Assembly (NCBI GenBank): GCA_963804185.1
Contig: CAWDPM010000018.1
Coordinates: forward strand, 156,848-220,847
Origin: an uncultured Candidatus Rokubacteria bacterium
GTDB lineage: Bacteria; Methylomirabilota; Methylomirabilia; Rokubacteriales; DASRDR01
Direction of reading: 5' to 3'
DNA: 64,000 nt
Shown here: positions 58,633-64,000 of the stretch, piece after piece
Layout of the letters: each line of letters begins with the position of its first letter
How positions within the stretch are numbered: position 1 is the stretch's first letter
Made by a program: the position numbers and the translations under genes
Notes under the pieces: model-generated
Seen by the model: only the letters and a program-made list of their open reading frames with translations
Databases searched by the model: none
Told to the model about the DNA's origin: nothing

Positions 58633-59313
58633 CTACCCCTCACCGTGATCGGCGAACAGTCGGGCCACCGCCGTCAGGTCCTTGACCAGCCGTTCCATCG
58701 TGGCGTGGCGCGCGGCCTCATCCGGCGCCCGCAGCACCGCCGACGGGTGAATGGTCGCGATGACGTATCGCGCCAGCGTCGACGGGATTGGCTCACCCCG
58801 GGACTGGGTGACGCGGACGCCTCGCCCAAGCAGGGTCTGCGCGGCCGTCGCGCCGAGGCAGACGATCGCGCGGGGCCGTACCGCGGCGAGCTCGGACGTC
58901 AGCCACGGCCGGCAGGCGCGAATTTCCCACGCCGTGGGCTTCTTGTGAATGCGCCACTTTCCTCGCGGCTCCCAGTTGAAGTGCTTCACCACGTTGGTGA
59001 CGTACACACGCGTCCGGTCCAGCCCTGCTGCCTCGAGAGCCCGATCGAGGAGCCGTCCGGCGGGCCCGACGAATGGACGACCGGCCAGATCCTCCTCGTG
59101 GCCAGGCTGCTCGCCGACGAGCATCACATCGGCCGGCACCGGGCCCTCGCCGAACACGGTCTGGGTCGCCCTTTCCCACAGGTCGCACGCCCGGCAGCCG
59201 GCGGCCGAGCCGCGGAGATCGGCCAGTGCCGGGGGGGACCCGCCGGCGTCGACCTCCGGTGCCGGCGGCACGGCATTCCTGCCAGACGGCATCCTGTGCC
59301 CGCCGGTCCTCAC
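58633..59313 (-). CDS. Uracil-DNA glycosylase, family 4
   Basis: GEGPVPADVMLVGEQPGHEEDLAGRPFVGPAGRLLD...VYVTNVVKH, the family-4 UDG motifs. Confidence 0.8.
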   Translation of the reverse strand: MRTGGHRMPSGRNAVPPAPEVDAGGSPPALADLRGSAAGCRACDLWERATQTVFGEGPVPADVMLVGEQPGHEEDLAGRPFVGPAGRLLDRALEAAGLDRTRVYVTNVVKHFNWEPRGKWRIHKKPTAWEIRACRPWLTSELAAVRPRAIVCLGATAAQTLLGRGVRVTQSRGEPIPSTLARYVIATIHPSAVLRAPDEAARHATMERLVKDLTAVARLFADHGEG

Positions 59314-60314
59314 GCGGCACGGCTCCGGGGAAGCTGGCGTCGCCGTGGGGTCCTGACCCGACGCAGCCGGGGCAGGATCTCGGCCTCATAGAACCGGATG
59401 AACCCCTCCTGGTCGGACCCGATCTGGTGCACGCAGACGTGGTCGTAGCCCGCGTGACTCGCTCGCCGGATCGCCGCGAGATGCCGGGCCGGGTCGGGCC
59501 CGCAGACGACGACTCTGGCGACCTGCTCCTCGCTGATCGGTTTGAACGCCGCCTCGAAGTGCGCGGGCTGCGCGATCTCCGTGAACAGCGCGCCCTCGAG
59601 AGCGGCCAAGGCCCAGATCTCGTGAGCGGTTCGACGGGCGTCCCGCTCACTCTTGGCCCAGCAGACCGTCACCTCGACGAAGCTGGGCTTGCCACGACCC
59701 CCCGCCCGGCGGAAGGTGCGGAGCAGAGCTGGATCGGGATCGGTCGTGACGAAGCCGTCACCGATCTGACCCGCCAGACGTGCCGCCTTCGCGCCGCTGG
59801 CAGCCACGACGATCGGCGGCGGCTTCGGCGGCAGCGTATACAGCCGCGCGGCCTCCACCGTGTAATGAGCGCCGCGATGCGACTGGACATCCCCGCGCCA
59901 GAGCAAGCGCATGACCGCCACGGCCTCTTCCAGCATCTCGCGCCGCACGTCCACCGGCGGCCACTTGGCGCCTGTCACGTGTTCGTTCAGGTTCTCGCCG
60001 GTCCCCACCCCCAGGAAGAAGCGGCCCGGCATCATGGCCGCCACGGTCGCTGCCGCGTGGGCCACGATCGCGGGATGCGTCCGGATGATCGGGCAGGTCA
60101 CGCCTGTTCCGACGGTGAGCCGCTCGGTCGCGCGAGCGATCCCTCCCAGTGCGGCCCACACGAAGGGGCTCTGGCCTTGCCGGTCGGTCCACGGGTGGAA
60201 ATGATCAGAGATCAGCGCGAAATCGAAACCCGCTGTCTCGGCCCGCACTGCCTGCTGGACCAGTTCGGTTGGGCCGAACTCTTCACTTGAGAGCTTGTAG
60301 CCGATTCGCGTCAT
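59310..60314 (-). CDS. Luciferase-like monooxygenase (LLM) class oxidoreductase, F420-dependent G6PD-like subfamily
   Basis: MTRIGYKLSSEEFGP..LV..A..AE.AGFDFALISDHFHPW is the N-terminal signature of the F420-dependent LLM family. Its stop overlaps the UDG start (ATGA). Confidence 0.75.
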   Translation of the reverse strand: MTRIGYKLSSEEFGPTELVQQAVRAETAGFDFALISDHFHPWTDRQGQSPFVWAALGGIARATERLTVGTGVTCPIIRTHPAIVAHAAATVAAMMPGRFFLGVGTGENLNEHVTGAKWPPVDVRREMLEEAVAVMRLLWRGDVQSHRGAHYTVEAARLYTLPPKPPPIVVAASGAKAARLAGQIGDGFVTTDPDPALLRTFRRAGGRGKPSFVEVTVCWAKSERDARRTAHEIWALAALEGALFTEIAQPAHFEAAFKPISEEQVARVVVCGPDPARHLAAIRRASHAGYDHVCVHQIGSDQEGFIRFYEAEILPRLRRVRTPRRRQLPRSRAA

Positions 60315-60333
60315 CGGAGCATCGTCTCCGTAC

Positions 60334-61191
60334 TTAACCCCACCCAGCGATGAGAGAGACGAGGAGCAGGCTGATCAGCGTCGGGCCGTCGGTCGTGCGG
60401 CCCCGGCCAGTCCCAGGCGTATCGGACGCCTCCGACAGGACCCGCCTCGCACGGCCGCGCTCATAGCCCGCGCGGAACGCCGGCTCCTCGGCAGCCGGAC
60501 CATACCGGTCCCGAAGGGTCGTGCCCGTGCCCTCGAAGGGCGGGGCCTCGCGGGGCAGGCGGAACGCCGAGTCGAACCCCAGACGGTACAGCGCCTCGTC
60601 CTTGCGGAAGTCGCCGCCCTGGCGCGTGTATTCCGCCTCCTCGGCATCGCGGAGGCCGACCCACCACTCCTCGCGTGCAGCGTCGACGCTCTCCGCCCCC
60701 ATTCGGGTCATGAGCTCGCGGACCTTGCGCGCCTCCGCGTCGTCCTCTGCCATCGCGACCACGATGCTCCGCCCACTGCGCAAGGCATGGCGGTAGACGT
60801 ACAGCTCATCGGTTGGGAGTCCCTTGGAGAGCGTGTCGTCGAGCTGACTGCCGATTGCGCCCCCAGCCAGGGCCCCGATCACTCCCAGCGCGAGCGCCCC
60901 GGCCGCGAGCACGGGACCCACGCCAGGCAGGGCGAGCGATGCAACGGCGAGGCCGCCCGCCGTTCCCGCGGCCCCGCCCACTACGCTCCCGATCGTCCCG
61001 CCGATGCCCGGCTGCTCCGCGTCGGTCGTCGGCACGGCGGCCTTCAGAGTTGCCTCGGCCGGATCGGAGGATTGGACACTCGCCGGCGACAGAGCGCTGA
61101 GTCGAGCCTCGGGAATGCCGGCCGCCCGGAGGGCGTCGACAATCTGGAGCGCTGCGGAATAGCGTTGGACGACGCCAACGACTGCCTGCAT
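60334..61191 (-). CDS. Hypothetical membrane protein with glycine-zipper segment
   Basis: Gly-zipper TM region (GGTIGSVVGGAAGTAGGLAVASLALPGVGPVLAAGALALGVIGALAGGAIG), an acidic soluble region, and a C-terminal TM (LISLLLVSLIAGWG). Confidence 0.45.
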   Translation of the reverse strand: MQAVVGVVQRYSAALQIVDALRAAGIPEARLSALSPASVQSSDPAEATLKAAVPTTDAEQPGIGGTIGSVVGGAAGTAGGLAVASLALPGVGPVLAAGALALGVIGALAGGAIGSQLDDTLSKGLPTDELYVYRHALRSGRSIVVAMAEDDAEARKVRELMTRMGAESVDAAREEWWVGLRDAEEAEYTRQGGDFRKDEALYRLGFDSAFRLPREAPPFEGTGTTLRDRYGPAAEEPAFRAGYERGRARRVLSEASDTPGTGRGRTTDGPTLISLLLVSLIAGWG

Positions 61192-61760
61192 GTCCGTGTC
61201 TCCTCTCTAGCAAACTCCGCGTTGCCGAGTGAATGAGCAAGCGGGGTGCCATGCCCTTCGGCACAGTCGTTGCACCCGTTGAGCATCATGAAGCCGCGCC
61301 CGTCCGGACGACTAGAGTCGATGTCACGTGGCCAAGGCTCCGGACGTGGTCGATGCCCCGCGACTGCGCGCCCGTTAGCTGCGTTCCGGGACGTACGAGT
61401 CATTCGAAGCGTCGTCGCGGTGGCGGCCTTGGTGCTCGGCGCGTACTGCCTGATGGCCGCGGCGACCGCCCTTTACGCACAGCCTGCGCCGGGGAACCCG
61501 GATCCGCAGGAGCTGGCGGCGCGGGAACGGCACCGGTGGCCGGGATGGATCCCGGTCCTCTTCCTCGTGATCGTCGTCGGCTACGCAATCACAGTGGCGG
61601 CGCGGCGTCGGGGGTCGCGCGGCCGATCGAGCCCACCGTCCACGCAGGGTCCGCCCCCGATCGACCCGCGTCCGACGGATCGGCACCGCGACACCACGTC
61701 GCGCTGACGCCAGTCTGTCCGGCGCGTCGGAGACACCGACCCCCCCCGAGTACCCTCCGC

Positions 61761-62342
61761 TCAGGCCCGATCGGCCACGGCCTCAATTGAGCGCTTCCGG
61801 AGGAGGACGAGGGCCACGACAAAAACCAGCACCATCACAGTGAGGAGTCCTAGCTCCAGCATGGCGTGCTGGAAGACGACTCCCCCGGCCTCGGCCAACT
61901 CGGCGAACTCGGCGGTCACCACGAGGATACGGCGCGTCGCGGCGATCAAGCCGACAATGAGGAAGGGCTCCGGCACGAGTGTGTGCTCGCGGAAGGAGAC
62001 CTGGACCGTGTAGAGGAGCTCCACGATCATCACAATCAGCAGGACCCGGTCAAGCAGTTCGATGATGGCCCCCGGCATGGTGCCGGCGATGGAATGGCGG
62101 CCGAACATCAGCACCCCGTCGACCAGCAGGACCAGCGCCCCGCCGGCCAGCAGGAGGCCGAGGCCGACGTAGACCACGTCCTCGACGCGGGTGAAGGATT
62201 GCGCGATCCGATCGCGGACGGCGGGTGAGATACCGCCGGGCGCTGTCGCTCCGGCTGCCACCCGCGACGAACTCGTCTTGTCGTGCGACTGACCGTCTCC
62301 CGTCGTGGGTGACGCAGCGGCGGAACCGTGGCTACGAGTCAT
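61761..62342 (-). CDS. PsiE-family (phosphate-starvation-inducible E-like) membrane protein
   Basis: Four-TM pattern with IIELLDRVLLIVMIVELLYTV, typical of PsiE-like proteins. Confidence 0.6.
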   Translation of the reverse strand: MTRSHGSAAASPTTGDGQSHDKTSSSRVAAGATAPGGISPAVRDRIAQSFTRVEDVVYVGLGLLLAGGALVLLVDGVLMFGRHSIAGTMPGAIIELLDRVLLIVMIVELLYTVQVSFREHTLVPEPFLIVGLIAATRRILVVTAEFAELAEAGGVVFQHAMLELGLLTVMVLVFVVALVLLRKRSIEAVADRA

Positions 62343-62408
62343 TCCGGATCACGCCGCTGCGCGGGCTGGAAGAGGCTCCACAAGGTGAACGCGTGTCAGC
62401 TTACCCCG

Positions 62409-63095
62409 TCACGGCAGCTGACGGAGCGCCTGGATCCGGTCGTTCGTGCCGGGGTGCGTCGCGAACCAGCCGCCGCCCTCTCCGCCGCCCGAAGTGCGCG
62501 CCAGCCAGGTTAGCGTGTTCTCGAGGGCTTCCTTCGAAGATCCGACTCGCCGGAGCAGCTTCACCGCGTGCCGGTCCGCCTCGAGCTCCTCCGACCGGCT
62601 GTATGCCCGGGTGATCAGGGTGCCGGCGATGGGCGTGATGATGGCCGAGGTCGGGATCACCTGCTCGAGGATCGCCGCGCCGAGATCCACGCCGGCCTGG
62701 ACACGCTGGGCCTTCGCCACGTGCCCGAGGTCGTTGTGGGCGAACTCGTGGGCCATGATCGCCAGGAGTTGCTCGTCCGTGGCGCGATCCAGCAAGCCGC
62801 GCGTCACGTAGAACTCGCCACCACCTGCATTCGCGGCGTTGATGCTCTTGTCGGACATGATGCCGACCGTGACCTGCGCGGGCGGCCGGTCGGCGGCTTT
62901 GGCCAATGGCTCGACGATCCGGCGGAGCCGGGCCGCGTCCTGCTGACTGACGCGCTCCAGGGTCGGGCCGGACCGGCTCTGCCCCGTCTGGGACCCCGTG
63001 CCGTCCGGCAGGGGCACCAGTGCACAGCCCGCGGCTAGCAACCCGGTGAGTGCGACGACAAGGCCTGACGCTCGGACGGCATGCAAGGGCCGCAT
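62409..63095 (-). CDS. M48-family zinc metallopeptidase, lipoprotein
   Basis: Lipobox LLAAGCA. Zinc-binding motif HEFAHNDLGH plus downstream E (EELEADRHA). The start is chosen at MRPLHAV. Confidence 0.75.
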   Translation of the reverse strand: MRPLHAVRASGLVVALTGLLAAGCALVPLPDGTGSQTGQSRSGPTLERVSQQDAARLRRIVEPLAKAADRPPAQVTVGIMSDKSINAANAGGGEFYVTRGLLDRATDEQLLAIMAHEFAHNDLGHVAKAQRVQAGVDLGAAILEQVIPTSAIITPIAGTLITRAYSRSEELEADRHAVKLLRRVGSSKEALENTLTWLARTSGGGEGGGWFATHPGTNDRIQALRQLP

Positions 63096-63105
63096 GTCTC
63101 CCTCC

Positions 63106-63324
63106 CTAGCGTTTCCTGAACTTCGGTTTGGCGGCGCTCCAGGCGACCCGAGGTCCCTCGTCGGTCTGCATGACCATGGTGTCCTTCCGGATGGCCACGG
63201 TCGCCCGACGCTGCCGGCGAGTCTTCTGGCGCGCTGCCGACTCGACGGCCGGTCGCGCCGGCGCCTTGGGAGACCGCGAGGCTGGAGCGAGCGGGCTTCT
63301 GAGTTTCTTCTTCGTGGGTGCCAT
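63106..63324 (-). CDS. Possible small basic (Lys/Arg/Ala/Pro-rich) protein
   Basis: MAPTKKKLRSPLAPASRSPKAPARPAV...KPKFRKR has a histone-tail-like composition. It sits between the encapsulin and M48 genes on the same strand. Low support. Confidence 0.3.
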   Translation of the reverse strand: MAPTKKKLRSPLAPASRSPKAPARPAVESAARQKTRRQRRATVAIRKDTMVMQTDEGPRVAWSAAKPKFRKR

Positions 63325-63477
63325 ATGCCAGCGGTGGAGCAAGGCATGTGCCACAGGGACGCGTGGTCTTCGAGGCGCGCCGAAACTCTCGCGATACCAG
63401 TGCGGCCCGGGGCGCGCGCCACCGCGTCGTCAGGTCGACACGGTGGCGCGATTGAGGAGCAGCCGGCAGGCGGGGGA

Positions 63478-64000
63478 TCAGGCGCTCGCGGCGTCACCCT
63501 CCAGCACGCAAACCGCCTCGGGATCGAGGGTCTGGGGCGAGACGGTCTCGACGCAGAACAGATGCAGGCTGTCACGGTCGTGCGACCGGTAGCCGACCGA
63601 GAGATCGCCGCCGACGGTGAGGATGAAGTCGCCGCCCCGCATCGAGAAGAGCGCCCCGCCGTCTCGCATCACGAGAGACCGGTGGACATCGGCCACGATG
63701 GCCTTGGTGTGCCGAGTCACCGGGTAGCCGCGGTTCGCGGCCGAGAGATACGCGTAGTAGCGATCGGGAGACAGGACCGCCTCGTACGGGCCGGGCACCG
63801 TCAGCCGGTCCAGCATCTCGACAGCCCGGACGAGATCGGCGATGACGCGAGCGGGATCCGACCAGTCACCGAGCTGGAAGCGCGACGACCGCGGATCCTC
63901 GAGAAATCCGGTGCCCACGGGCTGGCCCGAGTACGCGAGGCGTTCCTCCGCGAGTCCGACCTCGCGCGCGGCGGTCTCGGCGGGCGCCGCGTCGAGCGCC
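63478..64000 (-). CDS. Family-1 encapsulin (linocin M18-like) shell protein, 3' portion. The gene continues beyond the right edge of the window.
   Basis: The C-terminus SMRGGDFILTVGGDLSVGYRSHDRDSLHLFCVETVSPQTLDPEAVCVLEG aligns with the T. maritima encapsulin [47 protein letters not shown]. The frame stays open to position 64000. Confidence 0.7.
   Translation of the reverse strand, partial: ALDAAPAETAAREVGLAEERLAYSGQPVGTGFLEDPRSSRFQLGDWSDPARVIADLVRAVEMLDRLTVPGPYEAVLSPDRYYAYLSAANRGYPVTRHTKAIVADVHRSLVMRDGGALFSMRGGDFILTVGGDLSVGYRSHDRDSLHLFCVETVSPQTLDPEAVCVLEGDAASA

Noticed and set aside
61246-61707. 153-aa ORF with one hydrophobic segment
   Set aside because: The sequence is mostly Arg/Pro/Gly-rich with poor coding character, in a divergent spacer. 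There is insufficient support.

Overview
This is a high-GC (about 70%), gene-dense chromosomal window from an uncultured-type bacterium. I found no rRNA, tRNA, CRISPR array, transposase or integrase by reading the sequence. The gene content mixes sigma-54/NtrC-type regulation, a Pup ligase (PafA), an F420-type luciferase-like oxidoreductase, an encapsulin and gas-vesicle-family proteins. That mix argues against classical Actinobacteria and fits a soil or sediment lineage such as Methylomirabilota/Rokubacteria or Nitrospirota, but this is inference only.

Main blocks, left to right:
- A 5'-partial polytopic membrane protein and a ROK kinase.
- A co-directional block (3752-11226): alpha/beta-hydrolase–glycosyltransferase fusion, OsmC, GAF histidine kinase, REC–nucleotidyl-cyclase response regulator and a sigma-54 enhancer-binding protein. 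A good sigma-54 -24/-12 match and an inverted repeat sit just upstream.
- Assorted hydrolases, a NUDIX protein, an FAD oxidoreductase and PanE.
- A complete Liv-type branched-chain amino-acid ABC transporter.
- A lytic transglycosylase.
- A BNR-repeat protein translationally coupled to a CysO/MoaD-like GG-terminal protein, followed by YciI-like and DoxX genes.
- A large N,N-dimethylformamidase-large-subunit-like protein.
- A formaldehyde-activating-enzyme (Fae) homologue beside a DEAD-box helicase and acyl-CoA ligases.
- An envelope-lipid cluster: SGNH hydrolase, outer-membrane beta-barrel, PAP2 phosphatase and two UPF0104 'flippase-like' paralogues.
- RlpA and a MEDS-domain protein.
- A solitary PafA, a bacterial topoisomerase IB, a family-4 uracil-DNA glycosylase, an F420-type luciferase-like oxidoreductase, PsiE, an M48 lipoprotein peptidase and the 3' part of a family-1 encapsulin shell gene at the right edge.

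The most unusual locus is a minus-strand, translationally coupled operon (49210-53103). It encodes a GvpA/J-like small protein, a cytoplasmic GAF-PAS-PAS histidine kinase, a CheY-like receiver and a GvpF/L-family protein with a basic proline-rich N-terminal extension. No other gas-vesicle genes are present. These are gas-vesicle structural homologues built into a two-component signalling module, preceded by a 500-bp leader with GGTCAG direct repeats.
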